Positions 37,162-47,560 of a DNA stretch of 64,000 nt are shown here, piece by piece (the first letter of the stretch is position 1; the number at the start of each line of letters is the position of its first letter). The stretch comes from Ostreococcus lucimarinus (lineage: Eukaryota). The notes beneath the pieces are model-generated. The model worked only from the letters and a program-made list of their open reading frames with translations. It made no database searches and was not told where the DNA came from. A program made the translations under genes and the position numbers. The stretch lies in assembly GCA_000092065.1 (NCBI GenBank), contig CP000594.1, one strand, 5' to 3'.

Positions 37162-38700
37162 TCACTCGGCGTACGTGCGAGCGTCGTCGGCGGCGTCGTC
37201 TCGGACGTCGAGGGAGAGCTTGGACGTCGCCGATTCGAAGACGTCGCACGGGCGACACAGCGTGCCGATGGCTCCGTCGACTATGAGGGTGCGATCGAGA
37301 TCGATAAAGTGGAGGTAAACCGCGGTGAGGTGCTTCACGGCGTGGTCTATGTCGTCAGCGCCGCAGACTTCGCGGATGGAGTGCATGGAAAGCTGCGCGG
37401 CGCCGACGTCCACGGTGCGAATGCCGGTTCGGGTGGAGAAAATCGGCCCAATGGTGGAACCGCAACCGGTGTCGCTTCGCACGACGAACTCTTGCACGGG
37501 AACGCCCGCGCGCTCGCCAATCTCGCGGAACATGAATGCCGTCACGGCATCGGTGGCGTAACGCTGGTTGGCGTTGTGCTTGATGACTAAGCCGCCGTGC
37601 ATTTTCGGCGCGTGCGCCGGTTCGTGTCGATCGGCGTAGTTTGGGTGCAAGGCGTGCGCCATGTCGGAGCTGACGCAAAACGACGCGCGGCGCGTGCGCT
37701 CGTCCAAGCCTTCCACGCTTCCTTGGCTCAGCGCAGCTGCGATGCGTTTGATCGCGTCCGTGGTCATCGCGCCCGCGGCGCCGCTCGAAGACTCGCTTCC
37801 GACTTCTTCGTGGTCAAAGTGCATAATCATGCGCACGCCTCGCGCGTCCGCCAACGCCTCATCCGTCGAGGCGTTCATCAGCGCGTGCAACGATGTGTAA
37901 CAACTCGCCAGGTTATCCAAACGGCCGCTGTAAATGAACTCATTCTGCGCCCCACCGATCGCGCTCGGTTGCGTGTCGCACAGCTGTAGATCGAAATCGA
38001 CGATGTCGCCCGGCGCGCACCCGAGTTCCTTGGCGAGCAACGTCAGCAGCAGCGGGTGATGCCGTTCGCTCGACCCCTTACCGTCGCTCGCCGTCGTTTT
38101 CTCCCCACCCTCGTCGTCGTCTTTCGCTTCGGCCTTCGCGCGCGTCGCCAAAATCGGCGCCATGTGCTGCTGAAAGTTCACCTTCATCCCCTCGCTGTTG
38201 ACGTTTCGATCCAAGTGAATCGCCAGCGTCGGAATCCGACACACCGCCCGATCTATCCGCACCAATCGATGCAAAATCTCCCCCGTGTGCGACGATTTCA
38301 CCACCACCCGTCCCGCGATCCCTAAATCGCGATCGAACCACGTGTGCCACAGCCCGCCGCCGTACGGCTGCACGCGCACGCGCACCTCGTCGCCCCCCTC
38401 CACGCGCGTGTTCGGCTTCAGCTTCGGACACGGCGAGTCCGTGTGCGCGCCGACGATCACGAACCCATCTCCCGGTTCGTATCCACCCCCCACCGCGAAC
38501 GCCACCACCGCCGACGCGTTCCGCGTGTAAAAGTACCTCCCCCCGCGCGCCAACGACCACGTCGCGCGCTCGTCGAGCTCGACGAATCCTCGCCGCGCGA
38601 GCGCCTCGCACGTCGCGCGCGTCGCGTGGTACGCCGTCCACGCGTCGTTGAGATAATCCACGAGCCCGCGCGCGTGCGTTCGCGCCGTCTCGGTCGGCAT
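37162..38700 (-). CDS. Aspartyl aminopeptidase (M18 family)
   Basis: 512 aa from ATG at 38700 (MPTETARTHARGLVDYLNDAW...). M18 motifs GAHTDSPC, HFDHEEVGS, SDMAHALHPNY. The listed 1,041-aa ORF 37162..40287 is read-through of GC-rich upstream sequence. Confidence 0.85.
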   Translation of the reverse strand: MPTETARTHARGLVDYLNDAWTAYHATRATCEALARRGFVELDERATWSLARGGRYFYTRNASAVVAFAVGGGYEPGDGFVIVGAHTDSPCPKLKPNTRVEGGDEVRVRVQPYGGGLWHTWFDRDLGIAGRVVVKSSHTGEILHRLVRIDRAVCRIPTLAIHLDRNVNSEGMKVNFQQHMAPILATRAKAEAKDDDEGGEKTTASDGKGSSERHHPLLLTLLAKELGCAPGDIVDFDLQLCDTQPSAIGGAQNEFIYSGRLDNLASCYTSLHALMNASTDEALADARGVRMIMHFDHEEVGSESSSGAAGAMTTDAIKRIAAALSQGSVEGLDERTRRASFCVSSDMAHALHPNYADRHEPAHAPKMHGGLVIKHNANQRYATDAVTAFMFREIGERAGVPVQEFVVRSDTGCGSTIGPIFSTRTGIRTVDVGAAQLSMHSIREVCGADDIDHAVKHLTAVYLHFIDLDRTLIVDGAIGTLCRPCDVFESATSKLSLDVRDDAADDARTYAE

Positions 38701-38763
38701 CGTCGACGCCGACGACGCGCGCGCGACGATGCCGACCGACGACCGACGACCGGCGCCGCGATC

Positions 38764-38874
38764 GACGATCGATCGATCGATCGATCGTCGTTCGCGGGGA
38801 AACTCGATCGACGTCGCGAGCTTCGACGCGCGCGCGCGATCGGCGCCGATCGATCGATCGATCGATCGATCGTC
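38764..38874. repeat. Two (GATC)n palindromic tracts (38764..38788, 38847..38874) in the DNPEP/eIF3b bidirectional promoter
   Basis: cgatcgatcgatcgatcg repeats; similar tracts at 57098..57212 and 63625..63643. Confidence 0.6.
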
Positions 38875-39180
38875 GATGGATGCGAAACCCCAAGAGCATC
38901 GGGAGTGCGCGACGCGCGCGCCATGGACGACGTGCCCGCGAGCTTTCCGCGCGGCGAGGTGCGGACGACGCGACGCGAACGCGACGACGCGACGCGACGG
39001 CGACGCGGCGACGCGCGACGGCGACGCGCGACGACGCGCGACGACGAGGAAACCGATCGAGAGCGGGTTCGGCGGCTCGCGCGCGACGGCGAGGGGGAGG
39101 GCGGCGCGCGCGGGCGACGCGATGCGAGCGACGCGAGCGGAGACTGACGAGACGGACGATTCGCGGCGCAGGATGGATTC

Positions 39181-41277
39181 GTGGATTGGGACAAGGTGGA
39201 CGTCGAGAGCGTGGAGCTGCCCGCGGATGAAATCAAACGCGCCGGGTTGGATCAACCGGTGAAGGTGGAGTTGGAGGAAGCGAAGGAAGATACCGGGTTC
39301 GCGAGCGTGATCGTCGTGGATAATTTGCCGCAGATTCCCGAGGCGAAGTTTGGCAAGCTGTTGAACGTGCTGACGAAGATTTTTACCCAAATTGGTGAAA
39401 TCCGAGAGGGAGGGATGTTGATGCCGCAAGACGAGGCGACGAAGACGTCTCTCGGATACGCGTTTGTGGAGTTTGCGAACGAGCAACAGGCGCAGAGCGC
39501 GGTGGAACAAACGGATGGGTATAAATTGGATAAGACGCACATCTTCAAGGTTTGCAAGTTTGATGACTTTGAAAAGTACCAAAAGGTGCCGGATGAGTAC
39601 GTCGCGCCGCCGCCGAAGCCGTTCGCGCCGCGCGAGAACACTCAAGCGTGGATGATGGATCAGCGTGGGCGCGATCAATTCGTGTGCCGATTCGGCGATG
39701 AGACGCAAATCTTTTGGAACGATCCCCAGACGAAGAAGGGCGAGGATGTGTACACGCGTACGCACTGGACGGAGTCGTATGTGCAGTGGTCGCCCAAGGG
39801 GAGTTTCTTGGCGACGGTGCACAGACAAGGCGTTGCACTGTGGGGTGGTGATTCGTTCGGACGTATCGCTAAGTACGGTCACAATGGCGTTCAATTCATT
39901 GAATTCTCTCCATGCGAGCGATTCCTCGCCACTGGGTCCACGCACGATCCGACCACGGCGGACGGAGTGACATCCGTCCTCGTCAACTTTTTCGACACGC
40001 GCTCGGGCGCCAAGTTGCGTACTTTCATGGGACCTATTAGTGATTTCATAGCCCAAGGCCAACAAGGTTTGAGGTGGCCGGTGTTCAAGTGGTCGGGGCA
40101 GAGTAGCGATGAGAGCGGATGCTTCTTTGCCAAGATGGGCACAGGCATGATTTCCGTGTACGCCGCCCCGGAAATGACGCTGGTGGATAAGAAGTCCATC
40201 AAAGTCGACGGCGTGGTTGATTTCTGCTGGTCCCCGACGGATCCTATCTTGGCCACGTTCCAACCCGAACAAGGTCTCGGTAACCAACCGGCGCGCCTTT
40301 CTTTGATTTCTCTGCCGAGTAAGAAAGAAGTTCGTTCGAAAAACTTGTTATGCACCGGTAGCATCGTCGGCGTCAACATGTACTGGCAAGCGAGCGGTGA
40401 TTACTTTGGGGCTAAGGTTTTACGGACGACCAAGTCAGGGAAGACGACGTATAGTGGTTTCGAGTTGTTCCGCTTGCGCGAACCAAACTGCCCAATGGAA
40501 GTTGTTGAACTCGCCAACAAGGCTGAGAAGATTGTCGCGTTTGCGTGGGAGCCGAAGGGCCATCGCTTTGCCGTCATTCACGGCGACGGTGCGCGTCCGG
40601 ATGTCTCTTTCTACAGCATGAAGGATAAGCAAGGTAACAACAACTGCACGTTGATTGGTACCGTCAAGAATAAGACGGCCAACCATTTGTTCTGGAGTCC
40701 GAATGGGCGCGTCGTCATCTTGGCGGGTCTGAAGACGATGAACGGTCAGTTTGAGTTCTTCGACGTAGAAACCATGGAAACCATGGCGAGCGTCGAGCAC
40801 TTTATGGCAACTGATGTCGAGTGGGATCCCACCGGTCGTTTTGTCACCACGGCGGTGACGAGCGTGCACCAAATGGAGAATGGATACCACATGTGGACGT
40901 TCAACGGCAAGCTGCTGTACAAGTACGGCAAGGATCGTTTCTTCCAGTTTTTGTGGCGTCCTCGCGCAAAGTCCTTGCTCACGGCAGAACAAGAGGCCGA
41001 TATCGAGAAGAACATCAAGAAGTACAGCAAGAGGTTCGAAGAGATCGACGAGAAGATCAGAAACGAGGCGGATTCCAACGTCGCGAGCGAGAAGAGAGCG
41101 ACGGCGGAGAAGTGGAAGAAGTGGGTCGAGTCCAAGAAGGCTGTTCGGGACACCCCGATCTACAAGCAAGCGCTCGACGAGTTGCTTGGCGATCAAGCCA
41201 AGGCAAAGTTGGACTTTGTCGAGACCACCGTCATCGAGGAAGAGATTTTATCCATCGTCGAAGAACCGCTTTCGTAG
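39181..41277 (+). CDS. EIF3B: Translation initiation factor eIF3 subunit B (RRM + WD40 beta-propeller); true start probably in an upstream exon (no in-frame ATG; frame opens at 39148)
   Basis: Strong collinear similarity to eIF3b (SVIVVDNLPQ..., DGYKLDKTHIFKV, WSPKGSFLATVHRQGVALWGG, DVEWDPTGRFV, LLWRPR). The listed start is GTG. Confidence 0.8.
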   Translation: MDWDKVDVESVELPADEIKRAGLDQPVKVELEEAKEDTGFASVIVVDNLPQIPEAKFGKLLNVLTKIFTQIGEIREGGMLMPQDEATKTSLGYAFVEFANEQQAQSAVEQTDGYKLDKTHIFKVCKFDDFEKYQKVPDEYVAPPPKPFAPRENTQAWMMDQRGRDQFVCRFGDETQIFWNDPQTKKGEDVYTRTHWTESYVQWSPKGSFLATVHRQGVALWGGDSFGRIAKYGHNGVQFIEFSPCERFLATGSTHDPTTADGVTSVLVNFFDTRSGAKLRTFMGPISDFIAQGQQGLRWPVFKWSGQSSDESGCFFAKMGTGMISVYAAPEMTLVDKKSIKVDGVVDFCWSPTDPILATFQPEQGLGNQPARLSLISLPSKKEVRSKNLLCTGSIVGVNMYWQASGDYFGAKVLRTTKSGKTTYSGFELFRLREPNCPMEVVELANKAEKIVAFAWEPKGHRFAVIHGDGARPDVSFYSMKDKQGNNNCTLIGTVKNKTANHLFWSPNGRVVILAGLKTMNGQFEFFDVETMETMASVEHFMATDVEWDPTGRFVTTAVTSVHQMENGYHMWTFNGKLLYKYGKDRFFQFLWRPRAKSLLTAEQEADIEKNIKKYSKRFEEIDEKIRNEADSNVASEKRATAEKWKKWVESKKAVRDTPIYKQALDELLGDQAKAKLDFVETTVIEEEILSIVEEPLS

Positions 41278-41384
41278 AGACTACGAGTTGCTTTGTCAAT
41301 ATCGACACCGAATTTATCATCAAAACGCCGCGCACGCGTCGTTCTCAAGACAGGAATGAATTCATCACTACAACACCTTAGATT

Positions 41385-41993
41385 TCATCGCCGCGACGGC
41401 ACGGTGCACCAGCCATCGTCGTCTGGCTCGTTTTTCAAACGTCGCGCCGACGTGTCCAGCGCGTCGTCGCCGCTCGGGTGAACGTTAAAAGCCCCACCCA
41501 ACTGCTCGGCGAGCCCATCGGCGTCGACGGCGTCCATTTCATCATCTCCTTCATCATCACTCGAGCTCGCTCCGGTGTCCATGTCCCCACCACCGTTCAT
41601 CGACCATCGCTTGTCTTCTTCGATTTGTCTGCTTCGCTCGATCGACTCGCGCGGGAGCGGCTTCGATTCAATCTGCGCAACCATATCGTACCTTCCCTCC
41701 GCACACTGCTCGTACATCATCCACAGCGCCTTCGCCACCTCACCCGGCGACCCATCCTCGCACGTGACGTTAAAATCATCCCCTAATATCTCAATCAACA
41801 AATCCTCCAACTCGAGCGCGTCCTTGCTCTTGCGCGACGCGAACCACTCCGCGATCTCCTCTTCCGCCTCCCGCGCCTTCCGTTCGCTCTCCGTCCCCCC
41901 CCACGCGTTCACCACCGCCAGCTGCATCGCCGTCCACCGATCGAACACCGCTTTCACCCCCCTGCGAAACGTCGGCGCGTGCTCGCTCGCCAT
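41385..41993 (-). CDS. TSR2: Pre-rRNA-processing protein TSR2-like
   Basis: FRRGVKAVFDRWTAMQLAVVNAWGG...EKAREAEEEIAEWF... followed by an acidic tail. ATG at 41993 (MASEH). Confidence 0.5.
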   Translation of the reverse strand: MASEHAPTFRRGVKAVFDRWTAMQLAVVNAWGGTESERKAREAEEEIAEWFASRKSKDALELEDLLIEILGDDFNVTCEDGSPGEVAKALWMMYEQCAEGRYDMVAQIESKPLPRESIERSRQIEEDKRWSMNGGGDMDTGASSSDDEGDDEMDAVDADGLAEQLGGAFNVHPSGDDALDTSARRLKNEPDDDGWCTVPSRR

Positions 41994-42554
41994 CTTCGTC
42001 CCGCCCGGCCGTCCCATGAGCATCGCCCTCGCCTCCGCCGCGCTCCTCGGCGTCGCTCGCGCCTCCGCCGCGCCTCCCACCGCGCGTCCCGAGCGCAGTC
42101 GCATCTCATCCTGCCTCGCGCGCGATCGCTCGCGTCGTCAGTCACCGTCGGGTCGTCGTCGTCGTCGCCGCCGCCGCCGCCGTCGCCGGCGCGTCTTCAT
42201 TCGCGTCTTCGTTCGCGTCGCCTCGCGCGCGCGCACCGTCGCCGCGCTCGACGCGCCGCTTCGAAGCTCCATCGCGCGTCGGCGCGTCGCGCGCCGTCGT
42301 CCGCCGTCGGTCGGCGCGCGCGTCGCGCCGTCGCGCCGTCGTTTTCGACGACGATTCCATCGATCGCGCGCGACGCCGGCGAACCTCGAACCGTCGATCG
42401 ACGCCGCGCGAACGAACCTCGCGTCCGAGGTTCGAGCGCGCGCGTTTTGGATAAAATCATCCGACGCCGCGCGAAGAACGACGCGCGCTCGAGAGACGGC
42501 GACGCGCGACGCGCGAGCGAGGCGACCGAGCGGGAAACGACGCGAGCGGGAGCG

Positions 42555-43700
42555 ATGCGCGCGACGGCGGGCGCGCTGGGCGGCGCGCGCGCGCGGTGCG
42601 AGCGCGCGATCGGCGCGCGATCGGTGACGAAGACGAGAAGCGCGCGACGGGGGGGGCGCGCGACTCGCGCGGCGAGCGCGGCGGAGCTGGCGAGCGAGGA
42701 GAATAAGGACGTCAAGGTGCTCGTCGTGGGGGCGACGGGGTACATCGGGAAGTACGTGACGCGGGAGTTGTGCGCGCGCGGGTACGACGTCACGGCGTTT
42801 ACGCGGGAAAAGAGCGGCATCGGCGGAAAGACGAACGCGACGGACGCGAAGGCGTTGTTCCCGGACGCGAAGGTGAAGTTCGGCGACGTTGGAAGCAAGG
42901 AGTCGATCGAGACGAAGGCGTTCGATGAGGGCGCGTACGACGTGGTGGTGTCGTGCCTGGCGAGCCGCACGGGCGGCGTGAAGGACTCGTGGGATATCGA
43001 TTATCGCGCGACGAAGAACGTGTTGGACGTGGCGCGCGAGCGCGGGAGCAAGCACTTCGTTTTGTTGAGCGCGATTTGCGTGCAAAAGCCGACGCTGACG
43101 TTCCAAAAGGCGAAGCTTAAGTTTGAGGCTGAGTTGCAAGCGGCGGGGGATATTTCGTACACCATTGTGCGCCCGACGGCGTTTTTCAAGTCTCTCGCGG
43201 GGCAAGTCGAAGTGGTGCAAAAGGGCGGCCCATACGTCATGTTCGGCGATGGACAATTGGCTTCGTGTAAGCCGATCTCCGAGAGCGATTTGGCCAAGTT
43301 TATGGCGGATTCTATTCGCGAGCCGGAGATGTTGAACAAGGTGCTCCCCATCGGCGGCCCGGGCGAGGCGATGTCGGCGCTTCAGCAAGGCACTATGCTT
43401 TTTGAACTCCTCGAAATGGAACCAAAGTTCATCAAAGTGCCGATTGAAGTGATGGACGTCGCTATCAAGGTTCTCGATGTCTTCGCTGGCTTCTTTAGCA
43501 ACATGAAGGATGCGGCCGAGTTCGGCAAGATTGGTCGATACTACGCCGCCGAATCGATGTTAGTGATGAACGATGATGGTAAGTACGACGCCGCCGCGAC
43601 GCCGAGCTATGGCTCGGACACACTTAAGGAATTCTTCGATAAGGTGAGCAAGGAAGGTCTCGCGGGCCAAGAGCTCGGCGACCAGGCCGTTTTCAAGTAA
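42555..43700 (+). CDS. DVR: 3,8-divinyl (proto)chlorophyllide a 8-vinyl reductase (DVR), with chloroplast transit peptide
   Basis: Near-collinear match to plant DVR (VLVVGATGYIGKYV, VVVSCLASRTGGVKDSWDIDY, FVLLSAICVQKP, IVRPTAFFKSL, YVMFGDG, CKPISE, VLPIGGPG, EFGKIGRYYAAESML). Confidence 0.9.
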   Translation: MRATAGALGGARARCERAIGARSVTKTRSARRGGRATRAASAAELASEENKDVKVLVVGATGYIGKYVTRELCARGYDVTAFTREKSGIGGKTNATDAKALFPDAKVKFGDVGSKESIETKAFDEGAYDVVVSCLASRTGGVKDSWDIDYRATKNVLDVARERGSKHFVLLSAICVQKPTLTFQKAKLKFEAELQAAGDISYTIVRPTAFFKSLAGQVEVVQKGGPYVMFGDGQLASCKPISESDLAKFMADSIREPEMLNKVLPIGGPGEAMSALQQGTMLFELLEMEPKFIKVPIEVMDVAIKVLDVFAGFFSNMKDAAEFGKIGRYYAAESMLVMNDDGKYDAAATPSYGSDTLKEFFDKVSKEGLAGQELGDQAVFK

Positions 43701-43785
43701 ACGCTGTTTACTCGCGAAGAATTTCATTTATTTTAATGCAACGTGCGCTTTCTTTCTATTTTCCATCGTATCATCTAAGGCTACC

Positions 43786-44625
43786 CTACTTTTTCGCCGC
43801 CAGCGGTCCTAGAATGTTCAACGCTCGCTCTAACGCCTCCACCGCGGTGTTCACGTCGTCGAAACCCAACGCGCTTACCGCATTCTTTGCGTGTCGCTGC
43901 GCGTCGGCGATGCTTCCAACGTCGATCTTCGGCGGTGTGACCCCAGGCGGCGCTCGACCGCCTCGAACCACCGGCGTTTTGCTCGTAGCCTTCGATGGGG
44001 CGCCCGTGTTTACACCAGCTGGTGGTCCACTGGCCACGTGTGGCGGTGGAGGTGGCGGCGGCGGCGGTTGATGCCTCGGCGCCGGCGGCAATTCCACCTC
44101 TGGCTCCGCCGACGACGCCTCCGCCTCGACGCCTATCTCGCTTCGCTCTTCGCCCTCATCATCTACTGGCGGTGCGGTCGCATTTCGACCCTCTCTACAC
44201 GCTTTCGTTATCTCCGCCGCACGCCACTCCGCGTACCGCTGCTTGTTCTCTATATCTGCGTCCAATTTCCCGTCGGCGTCAAACTGTCGCAAAACGTTGA
44301 AGAAGATTGATGACGCGTAAAACATTTTTGCCGTGTTCATCCCTCGCGAGCCACCCCGATCGGCCCGATCGGCCTTTACGAATATTTGCAAAGCGAACGA
44401 CTCGCACTCCAGCTCATCGTGTTCCTCGTTCAGTTCGTCTTTCATCTTCGCCTTGGCGCGCTCGAGCCGTTCCATGGCGTCCGACAGCGCCTCGTTAACC
44501 TCCGCCGAGCGATAATCGAGTTTCAGCCCCTCGCGCACGGCATGCATGCGGCAGTAATACGCAATTTTCGGTTTCGCCGCGTCCAACTCCTGCGCACGCT
44601 TCAGAATCGGCGCGATGAGCTTCAA
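43786..44625 (-). CDS. VTA1: VTA1/LIP5-like ESCRT-III/Vps4 cofactor
   Basis: N-terminus KRAQELDAAKPKIAYYCRMHAVREGLKL...ESFALQIFVKADRADR; Pro-rich linker; C-terminal VSL-like ADAQRHAKNAVSALGFDDVNTAVEALERALNIL. Confidence 0.65.
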   Translation of the reverse strand: MKLIAPILKRAQELDAAKPKIAYYCRMHAVREGLKLDYRSAEVNEALSDAMERLERAKAKMKDELNEEHDELECESFALQIFVKADRADRGGSRGMNTAKMFYASSIFFNVLRQFDADGKLDADIENKQRYAEWRAAEITKACREGRNATAPPVDDEGEERSEIGVEAEASSAEPEVELPPAPRHQPPPPPPPPPHVASGPPAGVNTGAPSKATSKTPVVRGGRAPPGVTPPKIDVGSIADAQRHAKNAVSALGFDDVNTAVEALERALNILGPLAAKK

Positions 44626-44899
44626 CTGTTTGACGAAGCGAATCTCTCGACGTGGTCAGTCGCGAACTTTGACACGACGATTCCGCGCGTTGCGGGACGT
44701 AAACGCGCGATGACGCGTTCGAGATCATGGTGTCATGTGCGTTATAGGTCGGAACGCGGTCACGCACCTGGTCAGCCATGGATACGCGTCGAGAACGCGA
44801 GTCGCGTTGTGAAGGTGCCTCTCGAGTCGAACGCGTGGAGCGCGGAACGGATCATTCGAGCCGAAGCTTCGTGCGCGCTAGTACTACTGTAGGACTAAA

Positions 44900-46234
44900 T
44901 CACCGCTTGCGTAAGCGATGGACTATGTGTGCTATGGACGCATCGTCGGTGGCGTTCGAAGCGAGAGCTTCGCTCGTGGCGCATTTGCAAATACGCCGAT
45001 ATTCATCCTTCGTGACGTCTCCGGCGGCGTAGAGCGGACGCAAGACGGCTTTGACGCGATCGGCGATGGCGAATTTGAGTGATTTATCCGGTGATGATGC
45101 GGCGGGCAGTGGCCGAGAGGTGTGAGAGTGCGACGGTGCGGCCCGTTGCGGAACGGGCGTCGCTCGCGCCGTCTCCTCGCGCGGTTTCCACGCCGTAGCC
45201 GACATGCTCCAACCGGGAGGCTCGCTTCGAATGGATGGACGTTTGAGTTTCGGTGCACTGGTGCTAGCGACTGCGTTTGATGCTTTGTCCGATGTTGACG
45301 CCCGCTTCTTTTTCTTGTCGTCTGCGTGCATCGCCTTTTCAAGAACGTCCCACGCTTCGTCCACGACGTCCTTCGGTCCGTCTTCATCCGTGTTCGATCC
45401 TACCCGACGCGGTGCCGACGGCACCGACGAGCGAGGCGACGAAGGTGTGTTTTGTATCCGCGTCCAGCCCGGAAACTCGACTTCCCCGCTTTGTAACATT
45501 TCCCAGGCTTCTCTCAGTACGTGAACTCTCGAAATCTGCTCAACTCGAGCGTCGTCGCCGCCGCCCGAGCGACTGCGCATCACCGATCGCTCGCCGCCGC
45601 CCCCGCGTCGACGTATTTCCCCACGTTGACGCGCTCTCACCGCGCGACGCGCGCGATCCGCCCTGCGCTCTCTCGTCCGCACGGCTTCGACGCCGCCATC
45701 CGACCGTAACAAAATGTCCCGAGCGCGCGACTCCGCCTCGGCTCGTCGTCGGCGTCGACTCGACCCACCATCGCGCGCTCCCGCGAACTCTCCCTCCATT
45801 CCTCGGCATAGTTCGCAAAACCATCTTCCACGCGGCACGGACTCGAGTCCGACGCAAAACGTGTGCGCCCCGATGTCGCACGCGTCGCACAGCAACAGCG
45901 ACGCCTCGTCGTCGCCGCGTCGGCACACGTCGCAAAAGTACCGCTCCGCCTCGTCCTCCGATTCTTCCTCCGCCTCGTCCGGGCGTTCGTCGCCTTGATT
46001 CGTCTCTCGAAACTCCATCACCGGCCCCGCGCGCGCGCTCGTCGACGCGTCCTCGGGCGTCATCTTTGTGAACCTTTCCTTGCACAGGGGACATTTCGTC
46101 TCAATCGAAGCCCAGCGCACGATGCACGGGACGCAGAAGAGATGACAGCACGAGTCTAACCTCCCTCTTTGCTCGGGGATGGCCAAACAGACAGCGCACA
46201 CGTCGGCAGCGGGCAGCGCGGGTGCCGGCGTCAT
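44900..46234 (-). CDS. RING + PHD finger protein (PHRF1-like)
   Basis: RING CAVCLAIPEQRGRLDSCCHLFCVPCIVRWASIETKCPLC; PHD FCDVCRRGDDEASLLLCDACDIGAHTFCVGL...WFCELC. Confidence 0.7.
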   Translation of the reverse strand: MTPAPALPAADVCAVCLAIPEQRGRLDSCCHLFCVPCIVRWASIETKCPLCKERFTKMTPEDASTSARAGPVMEFRETNQGDERPDEAEEESEDEAERYFCDVCRRGDDEASLLLCDACDIGAHTFCVGLESVPRGRWFCELCRGMEGEFAGARDGGSSRRRRRAEAESRARDILLRSDGGVEAVRTRERRADRARRAVRARQRGEIRRRGGGGERSVMRSRSGGGDDARVEQISRVHVLREAWEMLQSGEVEFPGWTRIQNTPSSPRSSVPSAPRRVGSNTDEDGPKDVVDEAWDVLEKAMHADDKKKKRASTSDKASNAVASTSAPKLKRPSIRSEPPGWSMSATAWKPREETARATPVPQRAAPSHSHTSRPLPAASSPDKSLKFAIADRVKAVLRPLYAAGDVTKDEYRRICKCATSEALASNATDDASIAHIVHRLRKR

Positions 46235-46295
46235 CTCGACGCCGGCGAGCGGGACGGAGAGTGCGGCGCGACGAAACAGTTACACTATCGGTACT

Positions 46296-47453
46296 CTACG
46301 CGTGACGAAACGAATCGATCGCGGGTTGCGTGCGTAAGGCATAAACGTGACCACTTTCGGCCCAGCCCGCGAGGACGTCGCCGCGGCCGCACGCGGTCTT
46401 GCAGGAGTGCAATCCCATCCAACGCGTGTCGGCTCGAAAGGAAAATCCGCCGTCGGATTTTTGCGTTCGCCAACTGCCACACATGCACTCGTAATCTAAC
46501 CCGGCCACGTACGCAAATCCTGGGCTCGATGTGCTGAGTTCGAGCTGGGTGATGTCGAACTTGGCGGCGTTTCTCCAGCGTTCCATGGCGCCCCATTTGC
46601 GGATGTCGAGGACGTGCACGACGCGCTCCGCTCCGCCACACGCGATGACGGATTCCAATCCCGGCGTTCGAGACGTCGACACCGCGTACAGCGGCTTATT
46701 ATACCCTAATGATATTCTATTTGCGCACCCACCCCTTTCGGCGATTCGATCGTCGTACACCGCGAGCTGATGTCCCTCAGCGACGACGAAGACGTTGCCT
46801 CCGTTCCCAACCGCGGTGAGCTCTATATCGTACGGCGCTAATAACGTGCGAATCCGTCGCACGCGTCGATCACCGTCGTACAAATCCACCACACGCTGTG
46901 AACTCTTTGCGACGTATATCTTACCGTCTTCGCCTCCTCCCGTGACGGCGCCGCACCATCCGCCGACGCCCTCGACGTCGTTCGCGCCCACCGCCGCGAG
47001 CCGCGAGCCGTCGCCGAATTTCCCTCCCCCGCCCACATCGCGCGTCATCACGTCCACGACACCGTAATTATCCACCATCAACAGTTTTCTTGCGTCCTCG
47101 CTCAACGAAATCGATTGAATCTCCCGTTTTGTCGACGACGATTCCAGCCGTCGCCGTCGCGCCGCCGTCTCGCTCACCGCCGTCGGTCTCAGCGCGTTTT
47201 CCTTACCTCTATCGACGTTCGAGTCGCTCAAGTTGATCTCACACGCGAGAACATCGCATCCCGAAGCTATGATCACGTCGTACGTCTCTTCATCGCTCGC
47301 GCGCGCGTTGTACACGCACGCTCTCGACGCGTGATGTTCACCAGGGCTCGGGTGACTCGGTGACGGAAAAACGACGCGCGCGTGCGCGAACGCGCGAACT
47401 TCTAACGCTGATGGACCGTGCGCTATGGATTTGGGTAAGTTAGCGGGCGCCAT
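46296..47453 (-). CDS. WD40/beta-propeller-like hypothetical protein
   Basis: ORF 46296..47663 with probable ATG at 47453 (MAPANLPKS). Repeated GxxDxxxxxxD/W patterns; weak family assignment. Confidence 0.4.
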   Translation of the reverse strand: MAPANLPKSIAHGPSALEVRAFAHARVVFPSPSHPSPGEHHASRACVYNARASDEETYDVIIASGCDVLACEINLSDSNVDRGKENALRPTAVSETAARRRRLESSSTKREIQSISLSEDARKLLMVDNYGVVDVMTRDVGGGGKFGDGSRLAAVGANDVEGVGGWCGAVTGGGEDGKIYVAKSSQRVVDLYDGDRRVRRIRTLLAPYDIELTAVGNGGNVFVVAEGHQLAVYDDRIAERGGCANRISLGYNKPLYAVSTSRTPGLESVIACGGAERVVHVLDIRKWGAMERWRNAAKFDITQLELSTSSPGFAYVAGLDYECMCGSWRTQKSDGGFSFRADTRWMGLHSCKTACGRGDVLAGWAESGHVYALRTQPAIDSFRHA

Positions 47454-47560
47454 GCCGCGAGGGCGCGCGCGAGGCGACGCGCGAAGGTGTGCGGCGCCGC
47501 GCGCAGGCTCGGGACAGCGGGACGACGCGCTTCGGTGAGAAGAAGAATTTACACTATTTA

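Noticed and set aside
38764-38874. (GATC)n tracts as a CRISPR array or as Micromonas introner elements
   Set aside because: No spacer/repeat periodicity. The tracts are simple tetranucleotide palindromes in promoters, not inside genes, and I cannot match them to a known introner family from memory.
38701-40287. Upper part of the 1,041-aa ORF 37162..40287
   Set aside because: Only residues from MPTETART (ATG 38700) onward match aspartyl aminopeptidase. The upstream 529 codons are Arg-rich read-through of the promoter and the antisense of eIF3b.
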